A DNA stretch of 64,000 nucleotides from contig CAZGWJ010000002.1 of the NCBI GenBank assembly GCA_964529445.1, forward strand, positions 5,182 to 69,181. The letters run 5' to 3'. This DNA is from an uncultured bacterium (GTDB lineage Bacteria > Oederibacteriota > Muellerivitia > Muellerivitales > Muellerivitaceae). The notes beneath the pieces are model-generated. The model did no database searches. It was not told the origin of the DNA and saw only the letters and a program-made list of their open reading frames with translations. Made by a program: the position numbers and the translations under genes. Of this stretch, positions 9,807 to 19,600 are shown one piece after another; position 1 is the first letter of the stretch, and every line of letters begins with the position of its first letter.

Positions 9807-9842
9807 ACCCGTCCTCCGCCCGACTGGAGGCCGGGTTTTTTT
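9807..9842 (+). terminator. intrinsic terminator (expression platform of the riboswitch)
   Basis: CCCGTCCTCC-GCCCGACT-GGAGGCCGGG stem (10 bp, 1 mismatch) followed by TTTTTTT. It lies between the B12 box and the receptor RBS/ATG. Confidence 0.6.
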
Positions 9843-9867
9843 GTTGGCCTCGGGGAGTGGGCCGAAC

Positions 9868-11883
9868 ATGGGAATGAATCCGGGAATTCCGAGCCGTTGT
9901 TCGGCGCTTTCTCCTTTCCGTTTGGGCGTGTTCCGTCGGGTTCTCCTGCTTTTCCTCTTTCTCGTCCACACCTTCCTGCGCGCCGAGGGCGCCGACCCGT
10001 CGCAGGACGCCTTCCTTCTTCCCGAGATCCTCGTCACGACCTCTTCTCTTCGCTTGGCCCCCAATTCTTCCCTTACGGCTTCCGTTCTGGACCGGGATCG
10101 GCTCACGCGCCATCATCATCGCACGCTCGCCGACGCCCTCACGGAAAGTGCGGGCGTCGATACAGCCTCCCTGGGGGCTGTCGGGGCCGCCCAACTCGTT
10201 TCCCTGCGCGGTGCCTCCACCGAGCAGGTTCTCGTGCTCCTGGACGGGCATCGTTTGAACCCTCTCCAGGGCGGAGGAGCCGACCTTTCCCTCGTCCCTC
10301 TGGAATCACTCGAGCGGGTCGAGGTCATCCGCGGGTGTGCCCCGTCCCGCTACGGCTCGGAAGGCCTCGGTGGTGTCGTCAACCTGGTCTCTCACGGCCG
10401 GCAGGAGGGTGGGCGCTTCGATGCCGCGACGGGTTCCGGCGGCAGCGGCCGTCTTGCGGGGCGCTATCGTTTGCGCCTGGACCGCGACGGAGCCTGGCAC
10501 CTCCGCGTGACGGGCTCGCAGGGTGTCGGCGCGCCCTCCTTCTCCTACACCGATCCGGAACGTGGGACCGTCCGGGAACGCGACAACGTGGATTCCTTCG
10601 TGCGGATGGGCGGACTCTCCCTCTCGCATTCCCCGGCAAGCGGCGTCCGTTTCCCCGATCTCTCACTGGACCTCGACCGGATGATTTCACGCCGCGGCGC
10701 CCCGGGACCTTCGGAATTCCCCTCCCCCGGGGCCCGTCTCGAGGAAACCGGTGGTGGCGGCCGTCTCCAGGCATCCTTTCGGGGAAACGGGGAAGGGGAT
10801 TCGCCTCTCGCCCTCTCGATGTCTTTCACGCGCCGAGACGTTCATTACCGGGATCCTGCGGCTCTTCCCCAGGCGGTTGAAGACTCCCATGTCGGCGATC
10901 GTATCGAGTTCGCGGCCGATTCCGGAGCGGTCCTTGGGGATCGTTTCGTCCTCCACGCCGGTGCCGGCGCCTCGAACGAGAAGCTCGAGAGTACGACCGA
11001 TGGTCTTCGAAGGGATTCCAAGTGTTTCCTTTCCTTGGAACCCCGCCTTCTGTTCGGCCGCCATCCCGGGGTATCCCCGACCTCGGATTTCGCGGCCCGC
11101 CTGAGCCTGGAAGGCGGGGTCCGCGTCGAGACCTCCCGTCTATTCCCGGCCCGCGCGACGCCTCGCGCCGGGATCCTGCTCACCCTTCACCCTCCCACCC
11201 GCATGGCCCTGCGCGCGAACGCCGGTCTGGCCGTGCGGAACCCGTCCTTCGACGACCTCTTTTTTTCCGCGGCGGCTTTCGCGCGCGGCAATCCGGACCT
11301 CCGCCCTGAGCGGTCCCGGCTCGTCGATGCGGGCCTCCTCTGGTCCCCCGGTCCCCTGGCTCTTTCGTTCACGGCATTCCGACACGATGCCCGGGATCTC
11401 ATCCAATGGTCGCCCGATTTCTCCGGGCGCTGGCGGCCCCTGAACGTGTCGCGGGCCGTCGTGAAGGGGTTGGAAGGGGAGGGTTCCCTCTCCGTCCCCA
11501 TGTCCTTCGGGCTTCTCGGCATCCTGGACTCGTCCTTTACCTGGATGCAGGCGCGGGACCGGAGCGGGGACCGCAACCTGGATGGGAAGCTTCTGCCTCG
11601 CCGTCCGTCCTTCAAGAGCGGGTCGGGCTTGCGCTTGTCCTGGCGCCAACGGGTCGGAATGCACGTGCGTTCCCGGTTCGTCTCCTACCGCTGGCTGGAC
11701 GCCCCGAACGTCTCCTACCTGCCTGGTTACCTGACCATCCAGGCCGGTCTTTCCGTCGAACCGGCACAAGACCTTGTTTTCGCCTTCACGATCCACAACC
11801 TGACGGATGTCCAGGCCCGCGACCTGAACGAGTACCCTCTTCCCGGTCGCCAATGGGAGCTGAAAACATCCGTTGGATTCTGA
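9868..11883 (+). CDS. TonB-dependent outer-membrane receptor (BtuB-like; riboswitch-controlled)
   Basis: Start set after the riboswitch terminator at MGMNPG (RBS GGGGAGTGGG). Signal peptide FRRVLLLFLFLVHTFLRA. TonB box/plug region (VTTSSLRL..LVSLRGAST..LVLLDGHRLN). C-terminal beta-barrel ends in F. The ORF track extends 5' to 9571 through the riboswitch, but that part is unlikely to be coding. Confidence 0.8.
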   Translation: MGMNPGIPSRCSALSPFRLGVFRRVLLLFLFLVHTFLRAEGADPSQDAFLLPEILVTTSSLRLAPNSSLTASVLDRDRLTRHHHRTLADALTESAGVDTASLGAVGAAQLVSLRGASTEQVLVLLDGHRLNPLQGGGADLSLVPLESLERVEVIRGCAPSRYGSEGLGGVVNLVSHGRQEGGRFDAATGSGGSGRLAGRYRLRLDRDGAWHLRVTGSQGVGAPSFSYTDPERGTVRERDNVDSFVRMGGLSLSHSPASGVRFPDLSLDLDRMISRRGAPGPSEFPSPGARLEETGGGGRLQASFRGNGEGDSPLALSMSFTRRDVHYRDPAALPQAVEDSHVGDRIEFAADSGAVLGDRFVLHAGAGASNEKLESTTDGLRRDSKCFLSLEPRLLFGRHPGVSPTSDFAARLSLEGGVRVETSRLFPARATPRAGILLTLHPPTRMALRANAGLAVRNPSFDDLFFSAAAFARGNPDLRPERSRLVDAGLLWSPGPLALSFTAFRHDARDLIQWSPDFSGRWRPLNVSRAVVKGLEGEGSLSVPMSFGLLGILDSSFTWMQARDRSGDRNLDGKLLPRRPSFKSGSGLRLSWRQRVGMHVRSRFVSYRWLDAPNVSYLPGYLTIQAGLSVEPAQDLVFAFTIHNLTDVQARDLNEYPLPGRQWELKTSVGF

Positions 11884-11915
11884 ATGGATCATTCCTTCTT
11901 TCTCGGGAGTACGTC

Positions 11916-12977
11916 ATGATCAAACCTGCCAGGTCGTCCGATTCGGTTGTTGTGATTTTCCTCCTTTCTTTCGCGTTCCTTTTCCCGGCCTGTCAGACCG
12001 CTCCTCCCGCCTCCCCCGGATCCGGCCCCCTCACCCTCGACCATTACCTGGCCGTCGTGAACGGGAACGGCGGATATCTCTCCTTCGTGCTGCCGTCGAA
12101 CGGGATGCATTTCCCGGGACCCGCCGTCGGGGCCATCTATCCTCAGTCCGTGCGGTCCTGCGGAGAGCGCCTCGTGGTCGTGAATTCCTCCGGCAACAAC
12201 CTCCGCCTTTACGGCGCCCGCACGCCCAACGTGCCAGCCGGCACGATCCAATTCGAACCCGGCACGAATCCCGTGGAGATCGCCTTCGCCGACTGCGAAA
12301 CGGCGTATGTCTCCTGCTATGACGCCGGGCGGATCCTCAAGGTGGACATGGCCTCCCTGTCCGTGGCGGCCACGCTCGCTGTTCCGCCGGCCCAGGGATC
12401 GAACCCGGACGGCCTCGCGATCGCGGGCGGAAAACTGTACGTCGGACTGCCCGGCTTCGGTTCGGGCCGAACCGTAGGAATCGTGGACCTTTCATCCTTC
12501 TCCTTCACCGCCGCCTCGCCGGTGACCGTCGGCGAGAATTCGCAGACGTTGCTGGTCGCGGGAGGCCGTGTCCACGTTCTCTGCACCAGCGGATACAACC
12601 CCGATTGGACGAACAAACTGCAGGGAAGCGTCCATGTCATCGACCCCTCCACGGACCAGGTGGAGCGCATCGTGGACCTCACCGGATCCGATCCCGCCTT
12701 CGGAACGGCGGCGGAGAACGGCCGGGTTTTCGTGAGCGGATGGGAAGGGGGATTGATGTGCTACGACGCCGCAACGGGTATCGTGCTCCGCGGTCCCGGA
12801 AATCCCGTCGCACGCCCGGCATCCGGCGGATTGATGGGACTCGCCTCGAGCGGCTCACACCTCTGGGCCTGCGCCTTCATGGAGGATTCGATCCTGGAAT
12901 TCGATTCGGACACCTTTGCAGCGACCCGATCCTTTCCCGTGGGTTCACAGCCCGGAGTCCTGGCCTTCGTGCCGTGA
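11916..12977 (+). CDS. surface lipoprotein with YVTN/YncE-like beta-propeller repeats (BtuG-like by context)
   Basis: Start at MIKPARSS (RBS GGGAG). Lipobox LFPAC-Q. Repeated about 40-aa blades (LYVGLPGFGSGRTVGIVDL.., VHVLCTSGYN.., RVFVSGWEGG..). Immediately follows the receptor in the same orientation. Confidence 0.6.
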   Translation: MIKPARSSDSVVVIFLLSFAFLFPACQTAPPASPGSGPLTLDHYLAVVNGNGGYLSFVLPSNGMHFPGPAVGAIYPQSVRSCGERLVVVNSSGNNLRLYGARTPNVPAGTIQFEPGTNPVEIAFADCETAYVSCYDAGRILKVDMASLSVAATLAVPPAQGSNPDGLAIAGGKLYVGLPGFGSGRTVGIVDLSSFSFTAASPVTVGENSQTLLVAGGRVHVLCTSGYNPDWTNKLQGSVHVIDPSTDQVERIVDLTGSDPAFGTAAENGRVFVSGWEGGLMCYDAATGIVLRGPGNPVARPASGGLMGLASSGSHLWACAFMEDSILEFDSDTFAATRSFPVGSQPGVLAFVP

Positions 12978-13019
12978 TGGTTTTCACCGCCTCTTATCCG
13001 GAACAAGCGCGTCAAAAAA

Positions 13020-13560
13020 AATCAAGGAGCAAATTTTTCAAATCCTCGCGCTTTTGAAGGGAAAGAAAAATTTTTCTTCCCGCTCTTTCGGGTAAAATTT
13101 CCTTGACTTCGAATCCAAAAAGCTTAAAAGGGTATGGCAAGATACAAAACAATGACTTTTCGCCGTGGATACGCGTTTCGCGGAAGTGACGATCAACGGG
13201 TTTCTTGTCGGGCCCACCGCGGCGACCTCGCGAACCAACACTCATAAAACTTTCCGAATCCGTGTCTTGCGGCCGCGTGTGGATTTGTGGATGAACGGTT
13301 CTTTTTTCTCCACCCACCGAGGCTTGGGCGGCATCCCTTTGTTTTTCAGCAGGGAGGCCCCGCGCGTCCCCTTTGTTGCGGGGTCGGCGGATCAGCCCAC
13401 CGAGAGCGAACAACTTATCCACAGGCTCATCCACAGGTGTGGAAAAGCCGCCCGTGAGGGGACGTTTCGCAGGGTTCTTCGGGATAGGTCGTTCATGGGG
13501 ATAAGCCGGGGATAAACCAACCCAAACCCCCGGGAATCCTTTTGTTTTGGCCGTTTTTAG
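13020..13560. other. oriC-type region: AT-rich DNA-unwinding element plus DnaA-box cluster upstream of dnaA
   Basis: AT-rich 13020-13160. DnaA boxes: TTATCCACA perfect at about 13424, tCATCCACA, TGTGGAaaa, TGTGGATtt, TGTGGATga at about 13285-13305. Strand switch of flanking genes (rpmH operon minus, dnaA plus). Confidence 0.6.
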
Positions 13561-13587
13561 GTGTTTTCCCGTCGGGGAGGCTTGTGG

Positions 13588-15018
13588 ATGACCGGCTCAA
13601 CGGACGTCTGGAACCGCTGCCTGGAGGCCCTTCAAAAGGACCTGAATCGGCAAAGTTTCGAGACATGGTTCAAGCCCACCAAGGGTTCCCTGGTGGACGG
13701 GAATACCCTCCAGGTCCTCGTTCCCAACGAGTTCTTCAGGGATTGGATCCGCGATCATTACAGCTGTGATATCCAGAAGGCCGTTCGGGACAGTCATCCC
13801 GAGCAATTGGAGATCCGTTTCGAAGTCGACCCCTCCCTTCGCACCCAGGAAAACCCCGGAACCGCCGCTCCCGATTCCCCGGACCTCTTGTCCGAGACCA
13901 AGAGCGGGGCTCCAGTTGCTGTTCCTGCCCAGGTTGAACTGACCTTCATCGAAAAACCCGTCTCAACCCGCGGAACCAAGGCCCATGAATTCGTACTGAA
14001 TCCCAAATTCGCCTTCGACAACTTCGTGGTGGGCAACAGCAACCGTTTCGCCCACGCCGCATCCCTAGCGGTAGCGGAGTCGCCGGGCAAGTCCTACAAC
14101 CCCTTGTTCATCTATGGGGGGGTCGGCTTGGGCAAGACGCATCTCCTGCAAGCCATCGGCAATTACGCCCGCCAGCAGAACCCCAACGTCAAGATCCTCT
14201 ATATCTCGTCCGAGCGGTTCCTGAACGATTTCATCGAGTCCATCCAGTCCGGAAAAAGCCTTGATTTCCGCAACAAATACCGCACCGTGGACCTCCTTCT
14301 CATCGACGATATCCAGTTCTGGGAGGGGAAAGAATCCACGCAGGAAGAATTTTTCCACACCTTCAACGTGCTTTACGAGGCTGGAAAGCAGATCGTCGCC
14401 ACCTCGGATAGTCATCCGAAGGAGATCCGCCTGGAGGAGCGCCTGAAAAACCGTTTCGAGATGGGGCTGGTGACGGACATCCAGGAACCCGATCTCGAGA
14501 CCCGGGTGGCCATCCTTCGAAAGAAGGCCGCCGGCGCGGGTGCGGTGGTCCCTAACGAGGTAATGACGTATATCGCCCACCACGTGAAATCCAACATCCG
14601 CGAGCTGGAAGGTTCCATGCTCCGGGTCCTGGCCTTCGCCTCCCTGACCAAGCAGGAGATCACCCTGGACGCCATCAAGGAGGTCCTGAAGGACTCGCTG
14701 CCCTCCGACGACCGCCGGGTGTCCATCGAGACCATCCAGCGGCTGGTGGCGGAGCGTTACAATTGCAAGTTCTTCGATATGCGCTCCAGGAAACGCACCA
14801 AATCGGTGGCGTTCCCCCGTCAGGTCGCCATGTACCTCTCCCGGGAATTGACCCCCCATTCGCTGTCCGAGATCGGGGCGGCTTTCGGGGGCAAGGATCA
14901 CACCACCATCATTCACGCCTACGACAAGATCGACGATCTTTCTTCCACCGATCCCACCCTCGCCGCCGAGATCCAGTCCCTCCGGAAAACCCTTACCGAG
15001 GGTTCTTCCCACGCATAA
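13588..15018 (+). CDS. dnaA: chromosomal replication initiator DnaA
   Basis: Start at MTGSTDVW (RBS GGGAGG). Domain I, AAA+ core (GGVGLGKTHLL, Walker B LLIDDIQF), domain IV (LSEIGAAFGGKDHTTIIHA). Confidence 0.93.
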   Translation: MTGSTDVWNRCLEALQKDLNRQSFETWFKPTKGSLVDGNTLQVLVPNEFFRDWIRDHYSCDIQKAVRDSHPEQLEIRFEVDPSLRTQENPGTAAPDSPDLLSETKSGAPVAVPAQVELTFIEKPVSTRGTKAHEFVLNPKFAFDNFVVGNSNRFAHAASLAVAESPGKSYNPLFIYGGVGLGKTHLLQAIGNYARQQNPNVKILYISSERFLNDFIESIQSGKSLDFRNKYRTVDLLLIDDIQFWEGKESTQEEFFHTFNVLYEAGKQIVATSDSHPKEIRLEERLKNRFEMGLVTDIQEPDLETRVAILRKKAAGAGAVVPNEVMTYIAHHVKSNIRELEGSMLRVLAFASLTKQEITLDAIKEVLKDSLPSDDRRVSIETIQRLVAERYNCKFFDMRSRKRTKSVAFPRQVAMYLSRELTPHSLSEIGAAFGGKDHTTIIHAYDKIDDLSSTDPTLAAEIQSLRKTLTEGSSHA

Positions 15019-15119
15019 TCCAGAAACGGGACGGCACCGGCTCCCGGGGGTGATCGGATCGTTCCCTTCCTCTCTGTAACGTCCCGGATCTTCCCGGGAA
15101 ACCCTTCATCCACCGAACC

Positions 15120-15300
15120 ATCCACAAATCACGAGGTCGTTTCCGGATAATGGGCACGACAACCCAAATCGGTTGCGGGGTTGTGGATTTGCCATATAAT
15201 ACCCACAAAACATACCCAGTCCCCGATAACGATTCCGTTGCGTCCGAGTTGATCGGGGTGGTTTTCCTGCACATATCCCCACCAACACTACGGCTACTTG
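15120..15300. promoter_or_regulatory. second DnaA-box cluster in dnaA-dnaN spacer
   Basis: TTCCGGATAA, two copies of GTTGTGGATTTG-like boxes, TTTTCCTGCACATATCC, AT-rich TTTTTAAATAG. Confidence 0.4.
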
Positions 15301-15352
15301 TTTTTAAATAGACTCTTTACAGTAAAGACAGGACGCTTAAAAGGAGCTTTTC

Positions 15353-16474
15353 ATGAAAGTCGTGGTACCCCGTGCGGATCTGCTCAAGGGAGTCTTAACC
15401 GTCCAGAACGCCGTGGCGGCGAAGCAAACCATGCCGATCCTTGCCAACATCCTGTTGGAAGCCAAGGACAACCGGTTCGAATTCGTGGCGACCGATCTGG
15501 ACATGGGTATCCGTTGTTCGGTGCCCGCCGAGGTGGTCGACAAGGGAAGCATCACCATCAACGCGAAGAAGATCTCCGACCTTTGCAGGGAACTGCCTGA
15601 TTCCAACGTGGACATCGAGACGGACGAGAATCACCGATTGATCATGGTCTGCCAGAAATCCCAGTTCAAGATCCACGGAATGCCGAAAGACGATTTTCCC
15701 ATCCTTCCCGACGTCCGGAAGGAGAAGGCCTACAAGATCAAGGGCTCCGTCTTCCTGGAAATGGTACGAAAGACCCTCTTTGCCGTTTCGACGGATGACG
15801 GACGCTACGTCCTGAACGGCGTATTCTTCAACGTCGAGGGCAACCGCTTGAAGATGGTCTCGACGGACGGTCATCGGTTGGCCTTCATCCAGAAAAAGCT
15901 GGAAGGGAAGGGTGATAACCCCTGTTCCGTCATCATCCCCACCAAGACCCTGAACGAGGTGTCCAAGATCGTCTCCGACGCATCCAAGGGCAAGGAGGAC
16001 GAGATCGTGGTCGAGGTGACGGCCACAGACAACCAGATCAAGTTCGTGGTGGCTGGGGTCGAGATCGTTTCCCGGCTTATCGAGGGTCAGTTCCCCAATT
16101 ACGAGCAGGTCATTCCCAAGGATTCCGACAAGAAGGTGGAAGCGGACGTGGCTGCCCTCGCGGCCGCCACCCGAAGGGTTTCGATCTTGGCTTCGGAAAA
16201 ATCCTATTCCGTACGTTACAAACTCGAGACAAACAACCTGGTCATCTCCACCAAAACCCCTGATATCGGGGAATCCCGCGAGGAGATCGCCGTCGATTTC
16301 CCCGGGGGCGAGGATCTGGCCATCGCATACAACGCCAAGTACGTCCTGGATGTCCTGAAGAACGTGGGAACCGAAAAGGTGATCCTGGAACTCACCCAGC
16401 CGTTGAATCCGGGCGTTTTCCGCCCCAAGGGTGACGCGGATTATCTTTGCGTCATCATGCCCATGAGGGTGTAG
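15353..16474 (+). CDS. dnaN: DNA polymerase III beta sliding clamp
   Basis: 373 aa with a three-domain clamp (MKVVVPRADLLKGVLTVQNAV.., LNPGVFRPKGDADYLCVIMPMRV). RBS AAAGGAG. Confidence 0.93.
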   Translation: MKVVVPRADLLKGVLTVQNAVAAKQTMPILANILLEAKDNRFEFVATDLDMGIRCSVPAEVVDKGSITINAKKISDLCRELPDSNVDIETDENHRLIMVCQKSQFKIHGMPKDDFPILPDVRKEKAYKIKGSVFLEMVRKTLFAVSTDDGRYVLNGVFFNVEGNRLKMVSTDGHRLAFIQKKLEGKGDNPCSVIIPTKTLNEVSKIVSDASKGKEDEIVVEVTATDNQIKFVVAGVEIVSRLIEGQFPNYEQVIPKDSDKKVEADVAALAAATRRVSILASEKSYSVRYKLETNNLVISTKTPDIGESREEIAVDFPGGEDLAIAYNAKYVLDVLKNVGTEKVILELTQPLNPGVFRPKGDADYLCVIMPMRV

Positions 16475-16606
16475 GGATTCAACGTCCCTCTCGCCAGGGG
16501 CCCTTCGTGTTGCTCGCGGTGCGGCCCCGGCGGGCTTTCCGTGCGATCGGCCGGATTCCCTCCCTGGTTCTTGTGACCCATCACCGGGTTCGTTATCATC
16601 CTTCTC

Positions 16607-19600
16607 ATGTCCTTCCGTCCCACCCGATCCCGACAGGACCCCAAGTTACTCGTCAAGGACCTTTTCCGCCGCGAAGAATTTCGCGATCGATTGGTCCATG
16701 TCGAGACGGTTCCTTCCCGTCCCGAGAGGACCGTGCCATGGCCTTCCTGCGTCGCGCCCCCCTTGGCATCCCTCTTCACCGGGACGGGCATCCACGAACC
16801 CTGGGTCCATCAGGCACGCGCATGGGAAGCGCTCGAAAGCGGCAAACACGTCGCTATTACCACCCCAACGGCCTCCGGAAAGACCCTGGTGTTCAACCTT
16901 CCCGTCCTAGGATCCATCCTTAAGGATCCCTCCGCGAAAGCCCTCTATCTTTATCCGACAAAGGCCCTGGCCCAGGACCAGCTGAAAACCCTGCAGGAGA
17001 TATCCGGGTTGATGTCCTCGGCCCGGATGAATCCCATCACGGCCGAGATCTATGACGGGGATACCTCTTCCTCCCGCAGGGCGCGCATCCGAAAAAACCC
17101 GCCCGGAATCCTTTTGACCAATCCCGACATGTTGCACCTGGGTTTCCTTCCGAACCAGGATGGCTGGTCCCACTTCTTCGGGAAACTGAAATATGTGGTG
17201 GTGGACGAAGCCCACTCGTATCGCGGCGTTTTCGGATCCCACGTGGGCCATGTGTTCCGGCGCCTGCGGCGCATCCTGGAGCTCCAGGGGTCGCGGCCCC
17301 GGTGGATCGCCTGCTCCGCCACGGTGGGAAACCCTAATGAATTCCTGGGGCAACTGACGGGGCTTCCCTTCGAAGTCATCTCGGAAAGCGGGGCCCCCAC
17401 CTCGACCAAGACCTTCGTCCTCTGGAACCCGCCGGCATCACCCTACACCGACGCCGTGACGCTCCTGGCCCATTGTGTGGAAGCGGGCCTCAAGACCATC
17501 GTCTTTACCAAGGCCCGGAAGATCACGGAACTCATTTCGATGTGGGTGAATCGGGCCCATCCCGAATGGGAAGGCCGGATCCGCTCCTACCGGGCCGGAT
17601 ACCTGCCTTCGGAACGGCGGGAGATCGAGGCCCTGTTGTTCTCGGATCGATTGAGCGCCGTCATCTCTACCTCGGCGCTGGAAGTGGGGATCGACGTGGG
17701 TGGGCTGGATGCCTGCATCCTGGTGGGATATCCGGGAACGATGATCTCGACCTGGCAAAGATCAGGCCGCGTGGGACGGGGTGACGCATCCTCCCTCATC
17801 TTCCTGGTCGGGATGCCGGACGCCCTCGACCAGTACTGGATGAGGCATCCGGGGAAGTTCTTCGAGTTCCGCCCCGAAGCGATCGTGGCCGACGTGGGGA
17901 ACGAGGTCATCGCGCGCGCGCATCTTCTTTGCGCGGCTGCCGAATCACCGCTGGACCCCGAGCGGGACGACGATCTGTACGACGGCATCCTTTCACGCGA
18001 GACGCCGGGTCTCCTGAAGGAGGGGCGCCTCTTGGAATCGGCGGAAGGGCGCCGCCTCTTCGCCTCCGATCCGAGGCCCCAGCGGGGGGTTTCCATCCGG
18101 GACATCGGAGAAGGTTATTCCATCGTCGATCGCGAATCGGGGGAATTGATCGGCACCATCGATTCGCATCGCGCTTTCCGCGATTGCCACCCGGGTGCCG
18201 TGTACCTGCACCAGGGGATGCAGTACGTGGTGAAGGACCTATCCTGGGAGGAGCGCAGGATCCAGGTTTCCGGCGAGGCGGTCGATTTCTACACCCAGGT
18301 GAACTACGAGGAGGAGACCGAGATCCTGGAGGAGGAGGCCACGCGCGCGGTCGGGGCCGCGGGCAGCCCCTGCACGCTCCATTTCGGACGGGTCCGCGTG
18401 ACGCAACGATTCATCAACTACGAGACGCATCGAACGGCCGATGGACAGGTTATCGCAACCCATCCGCTCACCCTTCCGCCGCAGATCTTCGAGACCGAGG
18501 CGATATGGCTGAAGCTTCCACAACGCTTGAATGCCGAGGTGACGGATCGGGGGCGGCATTTCATGGGCGGGCTCCATGCCGTCGAGCACGCTTTCATCGC
18601 CATGATGCCTGTGCACATCCTCTGCGATCGATGGGATCTCGGGGGCGTCTCCACGCCTGCCCACCCGCAGGTGCCCCAACCCGTCATCTTCATCTATGAC
18701 GGGTATCCCGGGGGGGTGGGACTGACCCGAAAGGCCTATGCGGAATTCGAGGGACTTCTCGCCACCACCGCCGGGATGGTCGCCGACTGCGGATGCGAGG
18801 AGGGGTGCCCCGCCTGCATCCAATCCCCGAAGTGCGGCAGCGGAAACCACCCCCTCGACAAGGGCGCGGCTCTGCAGATTTTGGGTCGCATCGAGGGAAC
18901 CCCGCGGGTTGAACGATCAAAAGCCGTCGGGAAAGGGAAAAACGGCGAAGACGGATCCCGGGAGGAGGTTCGGGGAGCCAACTCGCGCCCCTCCGCCTTT
19001 TCCGAATCGGAGAGGGACGCGATGGATCCGGGAAAAGCGCCTGCGTTTCCCGCACCCGTTCCGCCCGAAAGGACCGGACCCGTGGTTTTCGACATCGAGA
19101 CGCGTTACCTCGCCGGGGAGGTCATGGGCGGATGGAACAACCTGCCTGCCATGCGCATCGCCTGCGCCGTGGTCTACGATGTCGAGAAGGACGAGTACTT
19201 CGTCTACCGGGAGGAACACGCGGCGGAACTGGTCCGGCACCTGAGGGCCGCGACGCTCGTGGTGGGTTTCAATTCGCGGCGGTTCGATTACGGCGTCGTG
19301 CAGGGTTACACCGCATTCGACCTCTCGACCCTTCCCACCCTCGACCTGATGGCCGATCTCCAGACGAGACTGAAGCACCGACTGTCCCTCTCCCACCTGG
19401 CGCGGGAGACCCTCGGCGCCGACAAGACGGCCGACGGGCTCCAAGCTGTGCAATGGTGGCGGGAAGGGAAGGAGGACCTGGTGATCGGGTATTGCAGGGA
19501 CGACGTGAGAATTACCCACGAATTGTGGAGGTTCGGTCGGGAAAAGGGATACGTTCTATTCGCACATAAGGGGACGGGTGAGCGGGTGAAATGCCCGGTG

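Noticed and set aside
9571-9867. N-terminal 99 codons of the ORF-track version of the TonB-receptor gene, including the possible start MTVRPL at 9739.
   Set aside because: This span is the riboswitch aptamer plus an intrinsic terminator. The signal peptide begins only after 9868, and a good RBS precedes that ATG.
14065-15012. 315-aa minus-strand ORF inside dnaA. Similar long antisense ORFs occur in many genes: 19874-21046 in the GAF/HD-GYP gene, 37946-39901 over AI-2E/GT2, 40932-42692 over ArnT/AKR, 62597-63367 over the nuclease, 7432-8712 over the permease.
   Set aside because: All are low-complexity shadow frames opposite well-supported genes.
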